Under the pieces are notes generated by a model that worked only from the letters and a program-made list of their open reading frames with translations, did no database searches and had not been told where the DNA came from. 64,000 bases of DNA, taken from assembly GCA_964483625.1 (NCBI GenBank), contig CAZABB010000001.1:3222-67221 (forward strand). The letters are read 5' to 3'. Source of the DNA: an uncultured Planctomycetia bacterium (GTDB lineage: Bacteria > Omnitrophota > Gorgyraeia > Duberdicusellales > 4484-171). Each line of letters opens with the position of its first letter. Within the stretch, counting starts at the first letter, position 1. The position numbers and the translations under genes were made by a program. Of this stretch, positions 30,623-40,304 are shown one piece after another.

Positions 30623-31586
30623 CGGACAGAAAATTTCTATTCCGGCACCGCACCGTTTCCCGGGCCTGAGTAATATTCCAGCCGTAGGCCCGTAGATACG
30701 CGGTTATTTTTGATCCTTCCTGAGTATACCCCCTCGCCTGGAATGTTTTTTCTTCTCTGCCTTCTATCCATATCTTTATACGGTATAATCGATATTTTAC
30801 CATACCGTATATTTTACCCAGATCATATATCCATATCCAACACATACACAGGATACTGTGATTCTTTATCAGGAATCGCATCCTGTTACGAGTCACATAA
30901 TAAAATCTATTTTCCTCCTCCTCTTCGGAGCTGAAGGTGTGAAGCGCTCCGGTACGAGAAGTGATGAAATTCCTATACCCTCTTCTCTGCAACCTATAGC
31001 CGAAATCTTTATCTTCGGAAGGATATACGAAATACGGATCAAATCCTCCCGCTTCTAAAACTCTCTTCTTTTCTACCATGCAATTACTCGTGGGGACATA
31101 CGTGCATTGCCGATTCGTTTCCCCGCGTCCGCCTTCCACATTAACATATGTATCCAAGGAATCTCCTCCCCGCGTTACATTGACGCCATGAACCTGAAGA
31201 AGGGCCCCGGCGACGAAAAACGCCTCCCCTCCGACTTCAGCCGTACTATGATGTTTACGCAACCACGCCACCATATTCTCTATCATCTCTGTGCAGATCA
31301 ATTCCGTATCACTGTCAAGGAAAAGAAGGTATTGACCGCGGGACTTTATGATCCCCCTGTTTCGCGAATAGGAGGGACCGTACCTGTATTTATTCCTGTA
31401 TATGACAACTTCAGAGAAGGCCGCTGCGATATATTGGGACGTCCCGTCTTCGCTATGGTCATCAACCACTATGATCTCGCTCTGCCGATACGACTGCTGT
31501 TTCACAGAAGCGATACACCTGCCCAGCAGATACTTTCTATTTAATGTAACGACGATAACCGAAACCAATCCTTCAACGTATTCCAT
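30573..31586 (-). CDS. Glycosyltransferase family 2
   Basis: VSVIVVTLNR, VDDHSEDG, RNRG, FLDSD, GGFD...EDKD; GGAGG SD before ATG 31586. Confidence 0.92.
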   Translation of the reverse strand: MEYVEGLVSVIVVTLNRKYLLGRCIASVKQQSYRQSEIIVVDDHSEDGTSQYIAAAFSEVVIYRNKYRYGPSYSRNRGIIKSRGQYLLFLDSDTELICTEMIENMVAWLRKHHSTAEVGGEAFFVAGALLQVHGVNVTRGGDSLDTYVNVEGGRGETNRQCTYVPTSNCMVEKKRVLEAGGFDPYFVYPSEDKDFGYRLQRRGYRNFITSRTGALHTFSSEEEEENRFYYVTRNRMRFLIKNHSILCMCWIWIYDLGKIYGMVKYRLYRIKIWIEGREEKTFQARGYTQEGSKITAYLRAYGWNITQARETVRCRNRNFLSDDEMRKFEKKFISLPA

Positions 31587-32662
31587 ACACGAATCTCCTC
31601 CCCGTAAAACCGGAAACGATTCCTTATCAGCGAATGAAGATATACTCCCTGGGCACAACGGCAGTTCTTTGTCTCTTTGAGGGTTAATTTTGCCGCATCC
31701 GTCCCCATTATTTCGGAAAACGTGTGAGCCTTCAAGTTGCCTACCGGACGGATGAACTCACACAGACTCATGTCTCCGTTGGGAAAAATCACTATGGTAT
31801 CCAGACGGGCCCGGCAGGCACGAGTAAGTTTTCCTTCCATCAACCTTAGATAGAGCTCATTCCTGATTCTGTCTTCTTTTGTCCAGAACCGAAATCCTGA
31901 TTTTCCGGATAAAGACTCCAGCCTCCGCAGGAAGCTTTCGTATTCGGGAATGGATAAAAACAGGTCGCGACGAAGAACGGTCAGATCACGCAACAGGGAT
32001 ATGTCGGCGTGAAAGACGGAAACATCGGCACTTTTCAAGGGAGAAAATTTTGCTCTGACCTTTTTCTTTCCCAGATAGCGAACCACGTTATCTATATCAG
32101 TATAGTTTGCCTTCATAACCGGGAAGCATACGGTAACACGGAGATTTTTATAGCGGCGTCTGAGCTGAACCAACCGGTCCAGAGTACGATCCATCTGTAA
32201 AAATGAATCACCCACTCCGCTTATTTTATTATGTACCTTTTCCGTCCCCAAGAGAGAGACCTGAATGAACATGGTATTACGGGGAAAATCTTCCATAACG
32301 TTCCTTACGGTTTCCTCAACCCGGCGAGGGAAATATCCGTTGGTATTAATTTCGATCGTTCTGGCTCCCGTGCCTGCGAGGAAATGCTTACAGATGGCAG
32401 AGATATCCGTCCGTACAAAAGGTTCGCCTCCCGTTAAACTTACGAACCTCACCCGGGGCAGCGCCCGAATTATTTTCTTAATATCTTCCCTAGGAGGATT
32501 GAACCCACCCAGCTGTTTTTGATAAAAACAGTGGATGCACCGGCAGGCACATTGATTTGTGACGTAAAAAATCACATCCTTGGGACGATGTATCCAAAAT
32601 TTCTTCAACACCTTCATCGTGAAACGAAAACACCGCAGATGCCTCTTTGGGAAAAATGACAA
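31541..32662 (-). CDS. Radical SAM/twitch domain protein
   Basis: CACRCIHC, TGGEPF, NTNG; C...LCE...GNL...CRC. Confidence 0.9.
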   Translation of the reverse strand: MSFFPKRHLRCFRFTMKVLKKFWIHRPKDVIFYVTNQCACRCIHCFYQKQLGGFNPPREDIKKIIRALPRVRFVSLTGGEPFVRTDISAICKHFLAGTGARTIEINTNGYFPRRVEETVRNVMEDFPRNTMFIQVSLLGTEKVHNKISGVGDSFLQMDRTLDRLVQLRRRYKNLRVTVCFPVMKANYTDIDNVVRYLGKKKVRAKFSPLKSADVSVFHADISLLRDLTVLRRDLFLSIPEYESFLRRLESLSGKSGFRFWTKEDRIRNELYLRLMEGKLTRACRARLDTIVIFPNGDMSLCEFIRPVGNLKAHTFSEIMGTDAAKLTLKETKNCRCAQGVYLHSLIRNRFRFYGEEIRVWNTLKDWFRLSSLH

Positions 32663-33748
32663 TTATTTTAATGCCAGCTTACAACAACGATGACAGACCG
32701 AAAAAAAATCATTCTTGGCAAGAACGTTTCTGAATAATCTCATGTTCTTGCCTCCCCATATATCTTTAAGCGATTCCTGCACGGCATTGCCTATTTTGAA
32801 CGAAATACCGCAAGGGTACACGTCTCCGCCGGGAGAAATTTCCAGCTCCCGCCAGGGGACACGGCATTTTCCGGCGTACGAGACGCTATCGTAATTATAA
32901 TAATATTCATGTATTTCCTCTTCTCCTATTTCGGGACGGAAGAATATTCTTTTATCATACTTATTTTTTATTGTGACGACGATACGAGCCAACTTTCGCG
33001 TATCTATCTGAACTTCCTCAACGCTTACGTTGTCTCTCGTAACAACTTTCCCAAAATATTGATGTGTGACAAGACAAAACTGTTTCTGGGCGTTACGGGT
33101 AGTAAATCCAAGGTGCTCGAAATAAATATCCACCGCCGGATGGGATCGTCGTATCTGGCACACGAAATCCTCCAACGTCTCGTAATTTTTATCCGAAATA
33201 ACGCAGTTCACCGAGATATTGCCGACGGGAACTCCGGATTCGAGCAACGCCCGCATAGTATCGGTCGTTTTCGCGAAAGCCCCTTTATACCCTCTGATAC
33301 GATCATGCACATCGGAGAGGCCGTCTAAGGAAAGAGAAAACCGTATATCCTTCAGAGTGGCAATTCGGGAAATCATTGACCGGGACAGAAGAGTCCCGTT
33401 GGTCCGAACCGTAATCGGGAAACCTGATACACTCAAAAACCGCAAGATTTCTCCCATATCCTCACGACAAAACGGTTCTCCTCCCGTAATCGTCACGGTA
33501 GGCAACGCGAAAGAAAACCGGTATTCGTGTCTTATGCGGGAAAATACTTTCTTCATCATTCCCAGGGGCAACTCTGTAGCGACAATGGTTCGGGAAGAGC
33601 GACTGTTGACGAAAGGGCACATGGCGCAATGGAGGTTGCACCGATAGGTAACTCGTAATATTATCGAGGAAGGCAAACCGCCGATGCTCTTATTCCAGAG
33701 GACAGAAATTTCTTTTCGCGAGAAGGGCTTTACGAGTTTTACGTTCAC
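32663..33748 (-). CDS. Radical SAM/twitch domain protein (paralog of 20680-21738)
   Basis: CNLHCAMC, TGGEP, SLDG..HDRIRG; CRVPW...PC...GN...CHRCC; GTG start at 33748 preferred to avoid 110-bp overlap (track start 33901). Confidence 0.9.
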   Translation of the reverse strand: MNVKLVKPFSRKEISVLWNKSIGGLPSSIILRVTYRCNLHCAMCPFVNSRSSRTIVATELPLGMMKKVFSRIRHEYRFSFALPTVTITGGEPFCREDMGEILRFLSVSGFPITVRTNGTLLSRSMISRIATLKDIRFSLSLDGLSDVHDRIRGYKGAFAKTTDTMRALLESGVPVGNISVNCVISDKNYETLEDFVCQIRRSHPAVDIYFEHLGFTTRNAQKQFCLVTHQYFGKVVTRDNVSVEEVQIDTRKLARIVVTIKNKYDKRIFFRPEIGEEEIHEYYYNYDSVSYAGKCRVPWRELEISPGGDVYPCGISFKIGNAVQESLKDIWGGKNMRLFRNVLAKNDFFSVCHRCCKLALK

Positions 33749-33791
33749 GGTATATTTACCGATACACGGCCGGTAGAAAAGAACGCCGTAC

Positions 33792-35483
33792 TCATCCGCA
33801 TGAGGTTTTCTCGATAATATAATCTTCCAATACCATACAATCCATCCCGCTTTCCTGAAAACAACGCACTGCATCGTCGGGAGTACAGACGATCGGTTCA
33901 TCTCTCAGATTGAAAGACGTGTTTAACACAAGAGGAACCCCGCTCAAACGGAAAAACGCGTCTATCAAACCCCAGAACCGAGGCGACGTTCCCCGACTCA
34001 CCGTCTGAACCCGTGCCGTTCCATCGACATGAGTGACCGCAGGGATGACCGGCCGTTTTTCCGACAAAACGCTTGCCGTCAACAACATAAACGGTGAATT
34101 CTGTTGTATGGCAAAATAATCCGTTGCCTTTTCTTCCAATACCGCAGGCGCATACGGCCGGAAGGGTTCCCGTTTCTTTACTTTTTCATTCAACAGTCTT
34201 TTCATGTGAGGATGGCAGGGATTTGCCAGAATTGATCTGTTTCCCAATGCCCGGGGACCGAACTCCATTCTCCCCTGGAACCAACCTACGATTTTATTCT
34301 TGACTAATAATCTGGCGACATATTCCTCCCGAGTCGTTTTCTCCATCTCTCTAAAAGCGATATCGTGAGAAGACAAAACCCTCCGTATCTGACGTGATGA
34401 ATACCGCGGCCCCAGATAGGCATGGTTCATGATGTGTTTCCTTCGCCCGCCGAAAAGATTATAGTAGAGGTAAGACGCCGCTCCCACGGCGCCGCCGCTA
34501 TCCCCGGCCGCCGGCTGTATAAACACCTTTTTGAACGGAGTCTGTTCAAGGATTTTCCCATTCAGAACACAATTGAGAAAGATTCCGCCGGAAAGGCACA
34601 GAGAATCTATTTTTATCTCCTCGTAAAGATTGCGGATAATCTTTATCATTGTCTCCTCCAGAAATACCTGCAGACTCGCCGCGATATCACAATGACGTTC
34701 TGTAATCGCATCTTCCGGTAAACGTTCGGGGCCGAAGACCTCTGTGAATTTTTTGCCGTACATTTTCGTACCCCGGACAAAATTGAAATACCGCAGGTCC
34801 AGCCGGAAACTACCGTCGTCTTTTGCTCTTACCATGTTTCTGAATGTATCGGTATAGCACGGTTTCCCATAGGCGGCCAACCCCATTACTTTACCTTCTC
34901 CGCGCAATGCGGCAAATCCCAGATATGTGGTTACCGTCGTATACAGCAGACCCAAAGAGTGAGGATACTTTATTTCTCTCAGAATCTTAATCTGGTTGCC
35001 TCGTCCGACGCCGCAGGTCGTCGTCGTCCATTCACCTACCGCATCAGCGGTAAGAATAGCGGCCTCAGCAAAAGGTGACGGGAAAAAACTACTGGCGGCG
35101 TGAGACAGATGATGTTTGACAAATCTGACTTCTCGTTCGAAGCCGAATTCTTTTTTTAGCATGAGCGGTAATGCCAACCTGTCCTGCAACCACGCCGGCA
35201 TGGTATTGAGAAATCTCTCCAGTGAGAACGGATAGGCATGTATATGGTCGACGACCGTCCGATAAAATTTCAAGAAGGGTTTTTCGTAGAATGCTACACA
35301 GTCGATATCCGAGAAGCCTATGTTTCCTTCCTGAATACAGTAGTGTATCGCCTGCGTGGGGAAATCGGAAGAATTCTTGTTGCGGTTAAACCTCTCCTCC
35401 TGGGCGGCCGTAACGATTTCTCCCTCTCTCAGGAGACAAGCAGCCGCATCGTGATAATGACATGAAATACCTAAAATATTCAT
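33792..35483 (-). CDS. O-carbamoyltransferase (CmcH/NodU/TobZ/SxtI family) 1
   Basis: HDAAA, EERF.R.K, HHLSHAAS, EGKVMGLAAYG, PAAGDSG, EFGPRALGNRS, KKREPFRPYAP, HVDGTAR.Q, NTSFN. Confidence 0.95.
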   Translation of the reverse strand: MNILGISCHYHDAAACLLREGEIVTAAQEERFNRNKNSSDFPTQAIHYCIQEGNIGFSDIDCVAFYEKPFLKFYRTVVDHIHAYPFSLERFLNTMPAWLQDRLALPLMLKKEFGFEREVRFVKHHLSHAASSFFPSPFAEAAILTADAVGEWTTTTCGVGRGNQIKILREIKYPHSLGLLYTTVTTYLGFAALRGEGKVMGLAAYGKPCYTDTFRNMVRAKDDGSFRLDLRYFNFVRGTKMYGKKFTEVFGPERLPEDAITERHCDIAASLQVFLEETMIKIIRNLYEEIKIDSLCLSGGIFLNCVLNGKILEQTPFKKVFIQPAAGDSGGAVGAASYLYYNLFGGRRKHIMNHAYLGPRYSSRQIRRVLSSHDIAFREMEKTTREEYVARLLVKNKIVGWFQGRMEFGPRALGNRSILANPCHPHMKRLLNEKVKKREPFRPYAPAVLEEKATDYFAIQQNSPFMLLTASVLSEKRPVIPAVTHVDGTARVQTVSRGTSPRFWGLIDAFFRLSGVPLVLNTSFNLRDEPIVCTPDDAVRCFQESGMDCMVLEDYIIEKTSCG

Positions 35484-35503
35484 ACTTTACCCTCTCCGCA
35501 GGC

Positions 35504-35665
35504 CTAAATTCCGGCGTAAATGAACGTAACGACAACCGCCGGCCCCAGATAATAGGCTAACAATACCAGAAGAATCAACAGAAAAAAGAGCGGAGTTAAA
35601 AAGTACACCTTATGCCGCCTAATCATATATATCGTTTCTTTGAATATATATATCATTTTTCCCAT
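35504..35665 (-). CDS. SxtK/DUF5989-like small membrane peptide (53 aa, not in ORF track)
   Basis: Manual translation: MGKMIYIFKETIYMIRRHKVYFLTPLFFLLILLVLLAYYLGPAVVVTFIYAGI*; basic patch + TM helix + terminal FIY motif, directly upstream of carbamoyltransferase. Confidence 0.85.
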   Translation of the reverse strand: MGKMIYIFKETIYMIRRHKVYFLTPLFFLLILLVLLAYYLGPAVVVTFIYAGI

Positions 35666-35676
35666 ATTCGCATTCT

Positions 35677-35895
35677 TTACGATTGCCGCAGACTATTGTC
35701 GGCATCAGGCTCATAACCGTGGGGAGAACACCAGAACGTATTTTCCGGACGTTCTCTCCTGCGCCCGATAAGAAAATAATATATACACATGCACACAGCG
35801 GTTATCCCCACACCGATGATGTACACAATGACCAACGCCATCTTAAGACAAGTTTTCCGCACGGATTGCATCAGACTCCGCAATCTCCGTTTCAC
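35677..35895 (-). CDS. SxtJ-like small membrane protein
   Basis: 72 aa, one TM segment, TFW motif and terminal RQS resembling SxtJ C-terminus; adjacent to SxtK-like and carbamoyltransferase genes. Confidence 0.7.
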   Translation of the reverse strand: MKRRLRSLMQSVRKTCLKMALVIVYIIGVGITAVCMCIYYFLIGRRRERPENTFWCSPHGYEPDADNSLRQS

Positions 35896-35898
35896 GTT

Positions 35899-36912
35899 CT
35901 AGCTCTCCCCCGATAACGGCGGATATCCTTCGCAGCCTATTCCTTTCAGTACGTTTCTGACGGTTTCTTCTCCGAAATTCATTGCTAATTTCTTCTCCGC
36001 TTCCTCCCGGCTGAACTCTCCCAGCCGTATGCGTTTACTCAGTTCGATATGGTAATGCGTGTATCCATAATATTTCATCGTCAGGTATACACTCACAAAA
36101 TTCATAAGACAATTCGTCGAACCCGCCGGATAACTGAGACGGAGCGCCCTCCACTGAAGTTCTGACTGAATGCAGACGATGATCTTCTCTTCATCCCACG
36201 GTAGATACCAATGAGGTGAGATCTCTCTCCCTTTGAACTTCTTTCTCCCCCTGCATATTGCCTCCTTCATGCTAAGAGGAAAATTTTTATAGCGGGAGGT
36301 CTTTCGCATATGCCGGGCGACGAAATCGGCCGTTGCCTGCGACATGGAACGGTACTCCTCACCACTTTCACCTCTTTCTATAGTTTGACCTTTTGTCCAG
36401 CCCCCGATTATCAACGGGATTTTATACTTTGCCGCAAGATCATACGTACTCTGCATATACCAGATCGCACACACGTGACAAACAGGCGCTTTCGTCTGTG
36501 TGCGTATCATACGGGAAAATATATCTTTCATGGAATCGCTTCTGAAATAGATCCAATCGACTCCCAGGATACGCACGGCTCGTTTTACGTTCTCCAGGGC
36601 TTCCTCGTTTTCAAATCCATGGTCAAACGTAAAGGCGAGAGGATTCATCTTATATCTTTTTTTCATACAGTAAAGACTGAACACGCTGTCTTTGCCGCCG
36701 CTGCACATGACCAGACAATCATAAGCGGCGCGGCCTTTGTATTTTTTGAGCAGTTTCAGTAATTGCGATTCTTGAAAATCAATGCGGGATCGCTGAGATT
36801 TCATGTGTTCAAATTCACGGCATATATTACATACCCCCGCCTCATTCAGCCGGATGTCCGGCGTATATTCCGGTAATACACATTTTTTACACCATTTGAC
36901 ATGCCTATTCAT
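35899..36912 (-). CDS. PP-loop N-acetyl-sugar amidotransferase-like protein (WbpG/WbuX-like)
   Basis: CKKC..P...GVCNIC, YDCLV.CSGGKDS, CHVC, STNC, IRLG..SREEA. Confidence 0.85.
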   Translation of the reverse strand: MNRHVKWCKKCVLPEYTPDIRLNEAGVCNICREFEHMKSQRSRIDFQESQLLKLLKKYKGRAAYDCLVMCSGGKDSVFSLYCMKKRYKMNPLAFTFDHGFENEEALENVKRAVRILGVDWIYFRSDSMKDIFSRMIRTQTKAPVCHVCAIWYMQSTYDLAAKYKIPLIIGGWTKGQTIERGESGEEYRSMSQATADFVARHMRKTSRYKNFPLSMKEAICRGRKKFKGREISPHWYLPWDEEKIIVCIQSELQWRALRLSYPAGSTNCLMNFVSVYLTMKYYGYTHYHIELSKRIRLGEFSREEAEKKLAMNFGEETVRNVLKGIGCEGYPPLSGES

Positions 36913-38572
36913 ACTGCTTCTTTTTCCCGGACAAGAGCTTTAGTTCTAAAATCTTTGCAGTCACATTCCTAGCCATAATTCCATACCCCCGGCCGTTACA
37001 ATGATTGTCGAACACAAAATAGTCTTTGGGGCGTTCCCCTTGGTTCCAAAGTTCCTGAAAGGTACTTTCCTGATCGACCAAAGGCACGTCGTATTCCTTA
37101 GCGACCTCTCTCAAGATCCCGTTAATGGCATGGAAGACCGGGTAATTCTGCAGGACCAATTTCACTTTTTCCCGGCGGCATATCTCTACGAACTCTCCCA
37201 AATCAGAACGGATCCAACGACGAACGATCTCATCTTCATCTTGCCTCCGGAATGACCTGACATAAGCCGCCGCGTCCGGAGAGAGACGTTCGAGAAAAGC
37301 TCTCATCTCATCATTATCTGTTTCTCTTGTGGTGTAAATTCTCAGAATACGATAATAGTTCAACCGGTTCTCAGGATCGGCTTCTATCCCTTTTTTAAAA
37401 TAGGCGACTGCCTTCCCGTAATCTCCCTTTTCTTCATAGATTTGCCCCAAATACGTATAACTGCTGCCTTCGGAAGGATCCGCCTTCAAAGCCCGTATGA
37501 ACCACCGTATTGCCTTTTCATTATCTCCCTGCTCCCTGAATACCCGAGCCAGTTCAACGTAATTCTGAGCGTTGCCGGGATCATTACGTATTCCTTTGTG
37601 AAACCACTGACAAGCCCCCTTATAATCTTCCTGATCTTTATGTACCCAACCGAGACCGCTGTACAGATTCCCGTTACCGGAGTCTATATGCAATCCTTTT
37701 TTGAACCACATTTCTGCAATATCATAACGCCCCTGGTCTCTATATACCCATCCCAGCCCGTTATAATTACGACTATTGCCGGGATCGATGTCTATTCCTT
37801 TACGAAACCATTCGATTGCTTTCCGATAATCTTCCTGATCTTTACATACCCAGCCAAGACCGTTGTAGAGATTGCTATCTCCAGGACTTACCGCCAAACG
37901 GTCTCTAAACCATATCCTGGCCTTTTGATACCTACCTTCTTCGTGATATCTCCATCCATCACGCGAACCAGAAAGATCACGTTGCCCCGCTGGATTACAA
38001 CGGCGAGAGATCCGACCGACTGCTTTGGGAATTTTATCTTTTTCTGCGACTCTATCCCGGACTATCCTGCCTTCTTTATTATACCATAACAGCTTTACCA
38101 GCCTATATATTCTGATGCGGTAAAGCTGATCGTTAATCCAGGAACCGAGAGTCTGCCTCTTCTCGTATCTGCGATACCCCCAATAATTCCAATAGTTGGC
38201 GCCGCCGGCCAGAAGGACAATAACGTCCGGCCTCAGAGTATCTATGGTACGTGGGAGTTCATGTAAAATCTGAGCAGTATTGTGCGCGGAAACCCCTTTA
38301 TTCAACACCTGAATTTCTTTATGCGGAAAGTAGGTCGTAATGATGCTGCTTGCCTGCCGCGGCATGGTTTGAGACGAAGAAGCTCCGACCCCGTAGGTAA
38401 AAGAATCTCCCAAAAACACGATAGTATAGGCCGTCTTCCCGCCCTGAGTCACCTCAGGAGAGAGAGAGGGTCTGGCCCGGCGATGGGCATCTCCTACCAG
38501 ACGCAATCCTATTTCCCACAGGAAAACAGCAATACATACCCCAAGAAAAAGTACTTTTAACCGCTCCTTCAT
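36905..38572 (-). CDS. Membrane-anchored SGNH hydrolase with internal TPR array
   Basis: TM anchor, LGDSFTYG, NKG, GGAN, then about six 34-aa TPRs (YNGLGW...A..WF.KG), then C-terminal FDNHCN..GY. Confidence 0.87.
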   Translation of the reverse strand: MKERLKVLFLGVCIAVFLWEIGLRLVGDAHRRARPSLSPEVTQGGKTAYTIVFLGDSFTYGVGASSSQTMPRQASSIITTYFPHKEIQVLNKGVSAHNTAQILHELPRTIDTLRPDVIVLLAGGANYWNYWGYRRYEKRQTLGSWINDQLYRIRIYRLVKLLWYNKEGRIVRDRVAEKDKIPKAVGRISRRCNPAGQRDLSGSRDGWRYHEEGRYQKARIWFRDRLAVSPGDSNLYNGLGWVCKDQEDYRKAIEWFRKGIDIDPGNSRNYNGLGWVYRDQGRYDIAEMWFKKGLHIDSGNGNLYSGLGWVHKDQEDYKGACQWFHKGIRNDPGNAQNYVELARVFREQGDNEKAIRWFIRALKADPSEGSSYTYLGQIYEEKGDYGKAVAYFKKGIEADPENRLNYYRILRIYTTRETDNDEMRAFLERLSPDAAAYVRSFRRQDEDEIVRRWIRSDLGEFVEICRREKVKLVLQNYPVFHAINGILREVAKEYDVPLVDQESTFQELWNQGERPKDYFVFDNHCNGRGYGIMARNVTAKILELKLLSGKKKQYE

Positions 38573-38601
38573 CCCTTCGTCACTGCCGGTTTTATTTGCC
38601 C

Positions 38602-39354
38602 TTATTCGTGATCCCCCTCCTCACGTTTCCTACGAAACCATCCCGGTAACATCAAAGCCTTAAAGTACTCAACATACACTCTGGGAGTCAGTTTCGACGC
38701 TCCCTCATGACGCATATCAATCATATAGGGAATATTTTGTATAGATGTGTGCCGGGGCATTACTTTTAAAAAATCGAAAAGGATTTTGTACCCCCGGGGA
38801 CGAAACAAACGATCCCCTTCGCTTTCAAACACGATCTTTTTCCAGAAAGACGTGCGCACGCCGAAAAAACCGCTGAGCACATCCAGAAAAAACAAACGTT
38901 TATAGTGTGCGCATAAACACATTCTTCCCAAAGCGTTTCCCAGAAGAGAAATCGCTCTGCGCTGCACAGGCCAATACCCCTGAATGGATGTCCGAGAAGC
39001 GATTGTCAATTGCATCCCGCTCTCCAGAGCAGTCACAATCTCTTTTACTTTTTCCGGGGGATGCTGTCTATCAGCGTCCATGACGATAAAATACTTTGTC
39101 GCCACATGCGCGCTGGCAGCTAGTACGCTTGCCGTCAGGCCATGTATTCTCTCCCGTTTCCGGTCGAGAAAAAAAATATTTTCGCAGTCTTTCTGAAAAG
39201 AACGAACAATTGCACCGGTACCATCAACTGAACCATCGTCACTTACCATCAGGCAGATTCCCGGATAATACTGTTTCAATGCTATCATGACCCGGCCGAT
39301 ATTATGTTCTTCGTTTAATGTGGGAAGGATGATTGTGAAATCAGAATGGCCCAT
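38602..39354 (-). CDS. Polyprenol-phosphate glycosyltransferase (Dpm1/Ppm1-like GT2)
   Basis: ILPTLNE, DDGSVDGT, GL, VMDADRQHPP, D.LSGFF, GYKIL, R.EGASKL. Confidence 0.9.
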   Translation of the reverse strand: MGHSDFTIILPTLNEEHNIGRVMIALKQYYPGICLMVSDDGSVDGTGAIVRSFQKDCENIFFLDRKRERIHGLTASVLAASAHVATKYFIVMDADRQHPPEKVKEIVTALESGMQLTIASRTSIQGYWPVQRRAISLLGNALGRMCLCAHYKRLFFLDVLSGFFGVRTSFWKKIVFESEGDRLFRPRGYKILFDFLKVMPRHTSIQNIPYMIDMRHEGASKLTPRVYVEYFKALMLPGWFRRKREEGDHE

Positions 39355-39401
39355 AAGAAAGCTGCCCCCTCTGGAAATATTCAAGAAGCGGAATCATCGG
39401 T

Positions 39402-40289
39402 TCAAATCACCCTGTCGGCGATAAGGGATAATGCCCGTGCGTACTTCTGCGTTGTCTTGACAACAACATCCTGAGGTAATTCGGGGGCGGGAGGACTTTT
39501 ATCCCACTTGATATCTTCCAGATAATCCCGGACAAACTGTTTATCAAAACTCATCTGCGTCCGGCCGGGCTCATAGGTATCCTTAGGCCAGAAGCGGGAA
39601 GAATCGGGGGTCAGAATCTCATCAATCAGGATGATCCGGTTATCAACCAGACCGAATTCAAATTTCGTATCGGCGATAATAATCCCTTTTGATTCGGTAT
39701 ACCGGGTTGCTGCGGTATAAAGCTTAAGGCTGATCTCCTTAACGGCATTCAGTATTTCATCACCGACAATGCCGGCGGCGTGCGTTTGCGAAATATTCTC
39801 ATCATGGCCTGATGTCGCTTTGGTCGAAGGAGTGAATATCGCCTCGGGCAGTTTATCGGCTTCTTTGAAGCCGGAGGGGAGTTTGATCCCGCATATCGAC
39901 CGCGTCTTCTTATATTCTTTGAATCCCGATCCGGCCAGATAACCGCGTACAACACATTCGATCGGTAACGGTTGGACTTTCTTTACGATCATGATCCGGT
40001 CGGCAAGAATCTCTTGGTAGGGCAGGTACTCCGCGGGTAAATCATTCACGTTACTGCTTACCAGATGATTTTCAATGATATCTTTGAGGAAATCGAACCA
40101 GAACAGAGAAATCCGGGTAAGGACAACGCCTTTCCCCGGAATCGGAGTAGGCAGTACCACGTCGAAACAGGAAATGCGGTCACTGGCAACAATCAGAAGA
40201 TGATCGCCCAGATCGTAAAGGTCGCGTACTTTTCCCCGCCTCAGGAGAGGGATCTGTTCGAACTCAGTGTGGTAAAGAATTTTTTCCAT
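39402..40289 (-). CDS. purC: Phosphoribosylaminoimidazole-succinocarboxamide (SAICAR) synthase
   Basis: RGKVRDLY, SDRIS.FD, ECVVRGYLAGSG, FTPSTKA, ADTKFEFG, DEILTPDSSRFW, DKQFVRD. Confidence 0.98.
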   Translation of the reverse strand: MEKILYHTEFEQIPLLRRGKVRDLYDLGDHLLIVASDRISCFDVVLPTPIPGKGVVLTRISLFWFDFLKDIIENHLVSSNVNDLPAEYLPYQEILADRIMIVKKVQPLPIECVVRGYLAGSGFKEYKKTRSICGIKLPSGFKEADKLPEAIFTPSTKATSGHDENISQTHAAGIVGDEILNAVKEISLKLYTAATRYTESKGIIIADTKFEFGLVDNRIILIDEILTPDSSRFWPKDTYEPGRTQMSFDKQFVRDYLEDIKWDKSPPAPELPQDVVVKTTQKYARALSLIADRVI

Positions 40290-40304
40290 CGGGGTTTGAG
40301 GATT

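Noticed and set aside
33792-35895. Saxitoxin biosynthesis cluster
   Set aside because: Only SxtI/J/K-like genes; no SxtA PKS-like enzyme, amidinotransferase SxtG or other core genes
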